Below the pieces are notes generated by a model. The model was not told the DNA's origin, did not search any database, and saw nothing but the letters and a program-made list of their open reading frames with translations. A stretch of DNA of 63,995 nt, counting the filler, from Licmophora abbreviata (Eukaryota): assembly GCA_900291995.1 (NCBI GenBank). It is 13 parts of 13 records of this genome, joined end to end, with 100 filler letters (N's around TTAATTAATTAA, not from the genome) between each part and the next. Parts side by side here need not be neighbours in the genome. Positions count along the whole stretch, not along the records: positions 1 to 18,331 come from OLMU01006127.1; positions 18,432 to 19,636 come from OLMU01006130.1; positions 19,737 to 21,435 come from OLMU01006131.1; positions 21,536 to 26,129 come from OLMU01006132.1; 9 more parts are not named here. One strand, written 5' to 3'. Of this stretch, positions 13,071 to 23,735 are shown one piece after another. Within the stretch, counting starts at the first letter, position 1. Each line of letters starts with the position of its first letter. The position numbers were made by a program, and so were the translations under genes.

Positions 13071-14071
13071 GATGATTGTCTCTTGTAGTTATAAAAAGCT
13101 GCGACCTGGAATGTTGGCAGCAAGGATACGAGGTCTGTTAGTGTCACACCATCAGAGAACAAAATTGAGATAGCCAAGCCTGTACACAGCACCAAGGAGC
13201 CCCTGACAAACTGAAAAGCATCTGCAAGCGAGGCACCTTCTTCCGTAGCGTGTTCGTGGCCGTTCAGTGTACCGTCGAAACTAGAAGATACAAAGCCGAA
13301 ACGCTGGCCGCATCACCCGGCACCAGCGAAATCAAGGCAGTTCCGTATTGGCCACTCCAGGACACGGCGTCGATTGAAGTTTCGGAAAATACAATATCCT
13401 TCACTTATGCGCAGTCTGTAGTCTCTCGAGAGTCGAAGACCCACCGTCTTCAAATGAAAAATCAGGTAGACTATCGAGCCAAATGCGACACGCTCGTTCC
13501 GTGAATGCCCAAGCACCTCAATCGGCTCCGTTTTCGAAAACCAGAGGCGCGATCCTCTCACTTTTCGATCGACTTACTCGTCCTTGGCACAAAAGGCTCC
13601 TCTGTCTGCTGTTTCGTTGTCAACAGCTTCTTTCTTTTTCAATTTCAATGACTTTTCTCACTGTCTCGTGTGGTCACGAGAGCAATGCCGACGAAACATT
13701 AACTTTCTTCGCGCGCTTCTCTCGGCTTGAAGTGCGTATCATACTCAGGTGCGTACCTCAGTACTGGAACGTTCTGGTACATTCTCTACTTGCGACCTCG
13801 GAGAGCCGCACGTTCCAACGGAGCGAAGGAAGGACGACGAGGTCCCAAATCGTGTCGATTTTCTCACGAGCTTTTCGCAGACTTGACTACCTGTAGAGCT
13901 CGTACCAGGTTTCGGTCATGGTCACAACACTTGGGGCTTGGGTTCGATTGACATTATACGGGTCATTTCTCCATCTTGTTTCAAACTAAGTTCACAATTT
14001 GCCAAGAAGCAATTATGCCCCACCAACATTATTTATGCAACGAGTTTCACATCCTTGGGCCTTCGTGAGAC

Positions 14072-17000
14072 ATGACAAGACAACGCACCTACTCCTTTGG
14101 CACCATGGTAGCTGCGATCCTTCCCCTGCTCTTTGTAGCATCTCTGCTTGTAGGCCAAGCGGACAGCGTCGACAGCACCGAGTCGCATCAGTTCGGTGTG
14201 CATGACCTTACTCTTGACCATGCCTGCGGCTCGACTCATCCTTCCCTGACAGAAATGACTGCTGACGTGACCAAGATGCAAGACTTCGATGAGTTCAAGC
14301 AATCCTCAAACGGCGTTTTACATTTTGTGGCACAAGGATATACGTTCGAAAACCAAGGATTCTGTCGACAGTGTATAACCGTGCCCGTCTTTTGGCACGT
14401 AGTGACCAACACCATCGGCAGTCAAGGAGTGCTACACAACGAAGAAGTCGTTGGTCAGATTCGAGTATTAAACCAGGCTTACCAAAGCTCATCATTTTAT
14501 TTTGACTTGGTGGATATCATTCAAGTTGAAAATTCAACGTTGTTTTACTCTGGTTTGCACCCCAGCCATGTGGCGCATCAAAGTGAACTCGGCAAGCACC
14601 TACGGAAGGGAGATATAAAGACTCTCAACATTTACTCCATACAAAGCATATACAACTCCTTGGGGACTGCCACGTTTCCGTCAGGATTCAACGGAGAAAA
14701 AGATGGTGTTTTCATTGACTACTGCACCGTGCCTGATTCGGCATGTCACATGCCCTTCAGTCTGAACAGTGGAAAAGTTCTAGTTCATGAAGTTGGTCAC
14801 TGGCTGGGGCTTTTGCATACTTTCAGTGGTGGGTGCGACGATGACTATGGCGACTACGTGACCGATACAAATGCCCAAGACTTCACTTCTGCTTTGTTTG
14901 ATTGCGTGAACCCTCCTGGCAACTCATGTCCCAACAACGATGGTCTCGACCCACTCGACAACTTCATGGGTTATAGTTTCGATTGTATGGAAACGTTTAC
15001 CCAAGGTCAAATGGAACGAATGTATGCTCAGTGGATAATTTATCGAGCAAACCAAGGCTGTCCCTTGGACGAAGGTGCCTTGAATGTAGAACTCAAGCTT
15101 GACGATCACCCGGAGGAGAACGCTTGGTCCTTGTACCATTCTAATGGCCAGATGATAACCGTCGCTCAGTTTGGCGAGCCCGACGAAGGTATGATACAGA
15201 ATGGACAGCTTTGTTTGAAGTACGACACTCCATATTACTTTGGCCTATCCGACCAGGCGGGTAATGGCTTGAATGCGACGGAGGCGTACTATCGAATGAG
15301 TTTTGATGGTAAAGAACTCAAAAATGACAAAACATTTGGCTACTGGGGCGGAGTGGCATTCACCATGGTTGACCCCGATATAGGTTGCGCGTGGCATGAA
15401 AGTTTGGTGCAAATCAGTCTGTACCTGGACGCCAGGCCAGACGAAACGCAATGGAAAGTCGTAGACGTGTCTGACGGAACCATCGTGTACGCGGAGGATC
15501 TGTACACGTTAAGAGGCTACGCTCAATACTATATGTATGCCTCGATCTGGCGAGAGTTTTGTCTACCGGAGGGCACTTACGACTTCATCATCGAAGACAC
15601 CGCAGGGGACGGCTTCTCCGACAACACGCAAGAGGAAAACCCATTCTTTAGCGTGACCGTCGACGGTGTCTTACTTCGCAAGGAGAACCATTTTTCTACT
15701 CAGACCGACAATGAACAGTTCACAATACCGCTGCCCTCTGAGAATCCCAGCGATAGTCCTTCTGGAGCGTCCGCGATGCCCAGTACATCTCCGACGCATG
15801 CGCCCAGTAGGTCACCCACTGGTACCCCTAGTCGCAGCCCTACCGAAACACCAAGTGCCACCCCGAGCAGCTCTCCCAGTGTGGATCCGAGCTCATACCC
15901 AAGCGGCACCCCAAGTGTGAACGGAAGCACACGCCCGAGCAGTAGTCCTTCCTCAGTGGACAGCGTGTATCCGAGCTTGGTGCCTAGCAGAACTCCGAGC
16001 GTCATCGCAAGCGCACTTCCAAGCGGCAGTCCTACCATTGTGGTGAGCGCTTCTCCGAGCAGCTCTCCCAGTATGGATCCGAGCTCACACCCAAGCAGCA
16101 CCCCGAGTTTGATCGGAAGCACACGCCCGAGTAGCAATCCTTCCGCGAAGGACAGCGTGTATCCGAGTATCGTGCCTAGTAGTACCCCAGCTGTCATCGG
16201 AAGCGCACTTCCAAGCGGCAGTCCTACCACTGTGGTGAGCGCTTCTCCGAGCTCCGATCCCGGTAGTGCGCCTAGCACCATGGTAGCGAAGGGAACAGGC
16301 ACTGACCAGTTCGCAACAATGGACCTAGATTTGCTTGGATCGAGTTCGGATACACTAACGATCGCAGAAGCCCAAAAGTTTGGACGCGACCTGCAAGCGA
16401 AAGACTGCATATCTCTCCTGATGAGATTGGACGACGTGAGGGAAACGCAGCAAGCAGTCACCAACGAATTGTTCCTACAGGACCTTCCTTTCTGGGGGAC
16501 ATCTTCTCCCTTCCTGTTTTACGAGGCCTTGGAGTTTGCATGGTACGAAAAAATGGCAATATACCGCGTTGAGAGCGATCAGGAATGCCAAAAAGTCGAG
16601 GTCGCCAGCTGCAAATACCACCTAGCCAACGCCACGGAGTATGGTCAGCGCCTGTTCCGAAGTAGGGTGCCGAATGTGGAAGACGTGATGTTTCACTATG
16701 TCGCGCAGTCGCCGGAAATATTAGTGCGATTGCAGGGTTTGGGGTTTCAGTTGCCCATTGATACACGAGAGATGGCTTCAAGGGATGATTGTGACGCCTT
16801 CCTGACTTCGACGACGAGCGTTCCACCATGGTTCGCCCCATTCACCGGCACTCTGCCTCTGGATTTACCTCCAGAACAGGCCATTCGAGCCTGGGCGCTG
16901 TTTACCGAACTTCAAGGCGGCGAGTGCATTGCGACATCGAGCCGGCTCCAACAAACTCACGACAGCAGGCAACAAATTGTGGACGAGATTGTGAACCGAA

Positions 17001-17350
17001 TCATTAATGCACCTTCTGGGCTTCCTCCTGCTTCGCTCGAAGTAGTGGCGTTCTATCAGAACCTGCAGGTGCAAATAGAGGCAAAAGCGGTATTGATAAA
17101 GAACCGAACGGCTTTCGTATGTCAGCAAGCCGAGTATGGAACCTGCCAGCTGGAGCTAGCGAGGGCAACAAGAGACGGGGATCTCCTCTTTCGACGCAAA
17201 CGTATAGAGTCGACCATGGCAGGTGGGATCGGTACAGATGCGTACGATTATCGGGTACAATTACCATCCGAGATGATGGAGCCTCTTTTTGCAGAAGGAT
17301 TCGAGCTGCTTACATCGTGCACTGCCACTTATGGTCTGACGAGCTGTCTT
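14072..17350 (+). CDS. Secreted M43 (pappalysin/ulilysin-like) zinc metalloprotease with Ser/Pro stalk and duplicated C-terminal domain
   Basis: Signal peptide, HEVGHWLGLLHTF zinc motif, NFMGY Met-turn, two D-x-P-x-E-x-x-W...D-x-x-G-D/N-G modules, PSSSPS stalk. The ORF runs to 17665, but its last ~100 codons overlap an antisense gene, so the true end is probably near 17350 (approximate). Confidence 0.8.
15865..16250 (+). repeat. Tandem 192-bp duplication within the Ser/Pro stalk
   Basis: gagcagctctcccagtRtggatccgagctca begins at 15865 and again at 16057, and similarity continues through the unit. Confidence 0.8.
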
Positions 17351-17428
17351 AGAAATGTAGCCTGCGAGAATAGCATAAAAGTAGATTTGGGGAAACCTCA
17401 AACGAAGTTACTCTTTCCTAGTTTGCAC

Positions 17429-18331
17429 CTATTTTGTTGTTGCACCCGCGGCTTCTTGCCGCTTCATCATTCTCCAAGCGCCCGTGTTGGGATCCTGCAA
17501 GAGAAAGCGTGTCGAAAGTCCTTCGTTCTTCATCGCCAACATGTTATGGACGACACGATGCTCGGCCGCCTCCTGGCAGTCGGCATGAAGACTCGATACA
17601 CCGGCAACTTTGGCTCGCCACGCTTGGTTCCTAGGGTGAAATTCAAGAAAGCGATTGAAGGATAACAAAAACTCAGCATCGAATCGAGTCCCTATGAGAA
17701 TGTCGTGACGTCGGGAAGGTAGTGGGGTGGTCACCGATGGCAAGCCCCCGCTCGTTCAAAGTAGGAGGTTCAGGAAACGGTCGGAGGAAGACATCGCCGC
17801 TCTTGATCGTCCTGGCCGTATCGGTCTGCTCAATGTACATCCAAAATGCGTATACAATCACGCACACGAATCCATGGGTCAGTACGAATCGTTTCCAAAA
17901 GGACCGTCCATCCACTAGCAAAGACACGACCAATCCAACCAGAAGCGCCGCCGTGTATACTTTGACAACCACGAGCCTCCAAATGTCCATGGTTTCCGGA
18001 ATAAACTCTTCCCATTGTTCCGCAGACGAACGAAGCTCTATCGGAAGCTTTAGGCGCTTCTCCCACAATCTCGTCTTAAAATCTTGCAATTCGAAGTCGT
18101 CGTGAAAGTCATCAGCATTTTGCAATTTGTTGGGCAAATTGCTCAATCCATAGTATTCCATTATTCCGAGCTGTTGGCACGTACAATCCTAGAGCTCGCA
18201 ACGCACTCCAGAGCTGAATCATGGCCGTGCCCGCATCCTTTAGGTATTCAAACTTCGCTGCCCACATACCCCATCGCTGAAAATAGTAGGTCCCCAGTCC
18301 TTGTCGACGTCGATATTCACCTGGTGCGTGC
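17429..18331 (-). CDS. Two-TM protein with DUF6824-like C-terminal domain, frameshifted, 5' end in gap
   Basis: ORF 17673..18161 (two TM helices) joins ORF 17429..17743 if one base is removed from the run at 17745-17749. The C-terminal part has the D-I-L-x-G...H-P-x-N...RFL...W pattern. Confidence 0.5.
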
Positions 18332-18431
18332 NNNNNNNNNNNNNNNNNNNNNNNNNNNNNNNNNNNNNNNNNNNNTTAATTAATTAANNNNNNNNNNNNN
18401 NNNNNNNNNNNNNNNNNNNNNNNNNNNNNNN
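18332..18431. other. Artificial contig linker, first of 12
   Basis: 100-nt N-TTAATTAATTAA-N spacer. Others start at 19637, 21436, 26130, 27450, 38710, 41829, 47835, 54782, 56509, 59287 and 62557. Confidence 0.98.
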
Positions 18432-18974
18432 ATCGCTTTCACGCAAGATGGTTTTGTCGACACCGGCTCCTCAATACACCTACCGTGCTCAACCACGGAA
18501 ACGAAACTTCATATATTTCAAATGACGAATGTACGAGCTTGTCATCTTGCGAGTGATGGAAACAGATCTTGAGCCTCGGGTGAAGAGTGTGGAAGTGGCT
18601 TAGCGGTAGAGATAGCGCCGTCGATAGAGTGGACCGAAGGATCCATTCTGAGAACGACACACAATTCAGTTGACTGACCCAGCCCACACGCGAGAGTTGT
18701 CTACAATCACGAGGGAACAGACTGAAAGGGATGGCGAGTGAGCTCTTTGGCACACGCCGTTCGTCGACAATTCGACGAGTATCATCACTTCCGGCGGCCT
18801 ATGTTATTTCGTATGGCGTACTCTTTATCAGAAGACAAAGTAGTGTCGACTGCTATTGTACGCATGACGTGCAGCTGGTCTTCTATCTTCGTGTCGTCTT
18901 TCCAATGTCGATCGAACGAACGAAGGGGCGAACGTTGCAACCACGGGAGAAAGGCCAGCAGTGACTGACTCATT

Positions 18975-19300
18975 AAAGTCGATACAGTACTCCAAGACTT
19001 GCGCGCCGAACAAGCGGACTGTCTGACGACGGTAGGTCACTCGGAGCTACACTCACGCTCGGAGACGAGCTCGGAGCGATACTCAACCGCTTGGCATCGA
19101 CGTAGGCAACGCGCTGGGGGCTACACTGCCGCTGGGTCGGCTGCTCGGAGCTGCGCTCGAGACCGAACTTACGCTCGGACTCGAGCTGGGAGCTAAACTC
19201 GGCGCTCCGCTCACGCTCGGGGCGTCACTCGGCATCGAGCTAGGGCCCGAGCTGTCGCTGGGGGCCGCGCTTGGGACGGCGCTTGGCGAAAGGGATACCC
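18975..19300 (-). pseudogene. Degenerate fragment of a Ser/Pro-repeat (PSAAPS/PSSSPS) surface protein gene
   Basis: Repeats continue across a frameshift and stop near 19083; no intact start or downstream domain found. Confidence 0.4.
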
Positions 19301-20173
19301 CATCGCATCGGCTCCGTTGTATGTTTCCGTTCTTCGCTACATGGTGATGTCGTGTCAGGATCCTGTTGTGGTGCAGTACTTTCGTCGACACTAGTGAGTA
19401 TCGGGGCTCCCGCGGATCGCTAGACAACGGAGATGAGGTCAATCAACACTGCTGCAGGCTACGATCATGTTCTTGGTAGGAACACAAAAGAGGCGGGAAA
19501 CCAGGGTACTTAGGCACGCCGAGTGTCGCACCGCGACGCTCCTGATCTTATCCTTCAAAAGCTAATACGAAAAATGCGGCCACCATATCCTTATTCAAAA
19601 GTTTCTGTACAGTACAAGTCATCCTAAAAAAAAACTNNNNNNNNNNNNNNNNNNNNNNNNNNNNNNNNNNNNNNNNNNNNTTAATTAATTAANNNNNNNN
19701 NNNNNNNNNNNNNNNNNNNNNNNNNNNNNNNNNNNNGTACAAGTCATCCTATCTAGAACACCGGACGACCGTAAAAGGAGAGGAATCCCCGGTAGATCGA
19801 CTATTCTCGAGCAGCAATTCTTTCCATACACCGACACGTTTCAATATTCTTTAAAAACTACTACGATACGCGCGGCACCGACACCAGCGTGTGGCATACT
19901 TTCGTCACATCCAGTAGGTACGCACCAGCATACCAGTACACAGTGCCTTCTCGCTCAACACTCTCTCATTTTCGTTTTTCTCATTCTGATTTTTCTCGGT
20001 TCATCCAAACTAAAACATTCATTGATCCTAAATGTGCCTCCGAAGCGAAGGAAGAGATAATTAAAAGGTGGACATATCACATCCTCCTTCGTCGCAATAA
20101 ACACCACACATTGCTTCTTTCGTCCGAACCACCCTCTCTTTTTCTTGGGCGTCTCAACGAGAATCTGCTGATG

Positions 20174-23100
20174 CTATGCCTTTCGTTGATCGCCTATCGA
20201 AGGAAAAGACTGCTTTACTTGCCCCTGATAATGTGCCTCATACTCCTTCTTGACCCATTTGATGTTCCCGTTTTCTTGCACAGGAACGACTTGACAGCGC
20301 CACGCCAGGCTTGTCATCGCCTTCTCCGCCACCAGCTCAAAAGCCTGGCCGTCGAGATATTGAGCATCCTCTCGTGAAATCTGATTCAGTCGAGCACGCT
20401 GAATAATGGCCTTGTCCGAGATGGGCAATTCCTTCATGAGTTCGTCGTCCATTGCCTGAATGTCATCCGGCCCGAAAGGAACGCCCAAGCCATACACTGA
20501 CCCCGCTGCCTTCACCAGAATCAAGCTCAGAGCGAGTGCCGGCGCAATCGTGGAAACCCAGTCCTTGCTGACGCGAATCTTGATGGGAGGATTCACGACT
20601 TGGTTGCTGTGTGCGCACACAAAGTACAAATGGAGTTTCTGGCGAATAGTAGAGCGGAGCCAGTGGCGAGGGTGGCGGAACCCGTTCATCCGGTCGGCTT
20701 CCACCAAGAGGAAGAGCCTTGGACACTTTGAGGAAAGACCTGCACTCAGAGTCGTGAGCATCTGCAGTGTATGGTCCAACCACTGGTGTGTCTTTGAGTG
20801 CAATTTAATATTTTCGGTGCGCATTGCCTGTAACATATTCATAATACATCGATTTGAAACAAAGTGTTCCCATGTACTGCTGCGGACAAAGCCCCGGAGC
20901 ACGTGGTCTGCGAATGGGATACTTCCACATCCAGCAAAAGCACAGGTAACTTCCGCCATGCCCAGCCGGCTTAGCACGTGGGCCGATGTGCACTCCTGAC
21001 AATGCCAGTGTCGACTGACACCCTTGCAGCCAAGGCATGGCACATTTTTTGCGGTGCAGGAGCGACAGGAGGTTATTGCTGTCGCAGACGAAAGATTCAC
21101 GTCCTGTTCTGCCATGGCTTGTGGTGCTGTATTGTCGGGGCTCCGTTGCTCTATCTTGTACCGTTCCCGGATGTCTTTTAGAGTTGAGAGGATTTTTTCA
21201 TCGGTTGGACGATCATCGATATCCTCAGACATGCATTCGACCGCCAGATCCGCGAAGTCTTGAAATGCTTGGGAAGTCTTGCACTCTTCTTCCAATGCAT
21301 CATCAATGTCACTAAGAACTGACATTTTCTGTCGAACAAACTTACGGTAGAAGTTTACGGCCCTGCCATTCTTGATGTGGTTCTGGATCCGTCCTGTGAT
21401 GAACTCCATGAGCGTCACTCCATAGGAGAATGTGTNNNNNNNNNNNNNNNNNNNNNNNNNNNNNNNNNNNNNNNNNNNNTTAATTAATTAANNNNNNNNN
21501 NNNNNNNNNNNNNNNNNNNNNNNNNNNNNNNNNNNATCCGTCCTGTGATGAACTCCATGAGCGTCACTCCATAGGAGAATGTGTCGCATGCTGTTTCGAA
21601 TGTAGGAACCGAACCATCCTGGTACATTGGGCAAATGTATCCAATTGTTCCAGCCTTTTTGCTACCAGAGGAGTTCTGGACCGTCGCTGCTTCTTCTTTG
21701 GGCACTAGTTTGGCGAGTCCGCAGTCAATCAGCTGGACCGAAAGATCATTCTTCAGGCAGATATTGGCAGACTTGATGTCACAGTGAAAGCATGTTTTCA
21801 CAGTCTCGCCGCCACGATGAAGGTAGCTCAAGGCCCTCATGACCTGCTCCGCAATACCTAGACGAATCTTGAAGGAGCCTAGACGCTCTCGTCCTACATC
21901 ACTCGCCCAAAACTTATCGAGGGAGCCCTTGTGTGCGAGCTCAAACACAAGATACTGATGACCACGAAGATCTTTCGAAAGGTGATAACCGTAGAGACAT
22001 GCAATGTTCGGGTGGTTGAACTGGAGAAGCGTCTGTTAAGATAGAAGATACGTTCGTTTTTGGAAAAAAGAGTGTGTTTTCCCTATTGTGGTCACAAAAG
22101 AGAAGAGTTTACGCACCTGCAGCTCCGTACGAAAGGTTTCCCGGGCTCTTTGAACATCCGCAGAAATTCCATGCCGGACGAGGTCTTCGTGAATCTGCTT
22201 AATAGCAAACTCATGTTTCAGCTCCAGATCATAGCCGCGATAGACAGTGCCAAAGAAGCCCTTGCCAAGTTCCGGTTCAGAAATCTTGATGGATTCAACG
22301 TAGGCAACAGGAAGCTCCAAGGGCTCATCGCGGACCCTGTTCTCAATGAGAGCCTTGAGATTCTCCTGCAACCTTGTAATCTGTAATTGCTGTTGACGTT
22401 CTTGATTCTGTCGTGCTTGCTCCATCGCCAATCGCTGTTGTTCGGCTTCCTGGGCAGCACGTTGGCGCTCTTGTTCGGCCGCCAATCGCTGCCTCTCGGC
22501 TTCCTGGGCGGCAATCTGTCGCCTCCGTTCTGCTTCCTCCCGAGCCGCCGCAAGCTGCCGCTCTTGTTCCGCCTCCTCCAAGGCAACAGTTTGTCGCCGC
22601 TTCGCTTCTTCTTCGTCCATCTGCTGTTTCTGTCGGAGCGCTTCTTCTTCTCGACGGCACCGGTCCGCTTCCTCCTGCTCCTCCAAATCCTGTCGCCGCT
22701 TCTTGTTGGCCCTTACCATTTCCTCAATCTGACTTGTCAAAGATGTGGACATAAAATTGTCGAAGAGAAAAAGCTCTGTCAATGTTGTATTCTTCTCGAG
22801 CGCACCCGCAATGGCCCTGGCACCGTCATCGCTAATCGAATTGTCGCCGAGATCAAGCTCTGTCAATGTTGTATTCTTCTCGAGCGCACCTGCAATGGCC
22901 CTGGCACCGGGATCTTCAATGCCATTGGAGTTGAGATCAAGCTCTGTCAATGTTGTATTCTTCTCGAGCGCACTCGCAATGGCCCTGGCACCGGGATCTT
23001 CAATGGAATTGCCGTTGAGATCAAGCGTCGTCAATGTTGTGTTCTTCTCGAGTGCACCCGCAATGGCCCTGGCACCTTCTTCTTCAATGGAACTGCAGTG

Positions 23101-23487
23101 GAGATCAAGCTTCGTCAATGTTGTGTTCATCTCGAGCGCACCCGCAATGGCCCTGGCACCGTCATCGCTAATCGAATTGTCGCCGAGATCAAGCTCTGTC
23201 AATGTTGTATTCTTCTTGAGCGCACCCGCAATGGCCCTGGCACCGTTAGACCCAATGGAATTGTGGCTGAGATCAAGCTCTGTCAATGTTGTATTCTTCT
23301 CGAGCGCACCCGCAATGGCCCTGGCACCGCCATCTCCAATGGAATCGTTCCAGAGATTAAGCTCTGTCAAAGACGGATCGTTGTTCTTGAGGCGTCGAAC
23401 AGCCTCCTGCAAATCCGAATCAAGCTCCGTCAAAGACGGATCGTTGTTCTTGAGGCGTCGAACAGCCTCTTTCAAAGCCGAAAGCAT
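20174..23487 (-). CDS. LRR (28-aa, RI/NLRC3-like) - coiled coil - non-RD protein kinase - RING-like finger - C-terminal domain protein
   Basis: LRR array, E/Q/R-rich coil, LGKGFFGTVY, FAIK, intron 22033-22116, HPNI, HCDIKSANI, DCGLAK, GTIGY, DTFSYGV. Contigs overlap across the gap (21387-21435 = 21536-21584), so the three ORFs form one gene. Confidence 0.85.
22771..23358 (-). repeat. Seven tandem 84-bp coding repeats (LRR units)
   Basis: aagctctgtcaatgttgtattcttctcgagcgcacccgcaatggccctggcacc recurs every 84 bp, followed by a variable ~24-nt segment. A separate 63-bp duplication (EAVRRLKNNDPSLTEL x2) lies at ~23359-23470. Confidence 0.95.
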
Positions 23488-23555
23488 GTTGAGAGAGAGA
23501 GAGAGAGATTCAGCAAAGCTCCAACTTTTGCAGTAGTCTACAGAAACGATTCCTA

Positions 23556-23702
23556 CTACGAATTCGCTAACAATTGATAATTTTTAAAAACGAAGTTCTC
23601 TGAAGTTATTTGAAGTTATCTGAAGGAAATATTACGGAACTCGCTTTTTTTGTACCAGCGGCTACACAAAACGCCGTAGAAACGAGAAGTCGTCATTGGC
23701 GC
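23556..23702 (+). repeat. Left terminal inverted repeat (147 bp)
   Basis: Near-perfect reverse complement of 26686-26841; contains TGAAGTTAT-like subrepeats. Confidence 0.95.
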
Positions 23703-23735
23703 ATTGACATCACACATTCAACATCATGAAAGACC

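Noticed and set aside
13260..13320. Possible C/D-box snoRNA on the minus strand (GTGATG...CTGA)
   Set aside because: Imperfect C box, short length and no recognisable rRNA guide sequence.
17429..17665. True antisense overlap of the M43 ORF with the DUF6824-like ORF
   Set aside because: More simply explained by a missed stop or frameshift near 17340-17350 in an error-prone assembly.
21387..21584. 49-bp direct repeat in the kinase region
   Set aside because: Overlap of adjacent contig ends across a linker, not a biological duplication.
22771..23358. CRISPR-like pattern of constant repeats with variable spacers
   Set aside because: The 84-bp period is an in-frame 28-aa LRR, the context is eukaryotic and there are no cas genes.
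22387..23577. Long plus-strand ORFs over the LRR gene, and similar shadow ORFs over AK-HSDH, METH and the S41 gene
   Set aside because: Antisense or alternative-frame shadows of real coding sequence.
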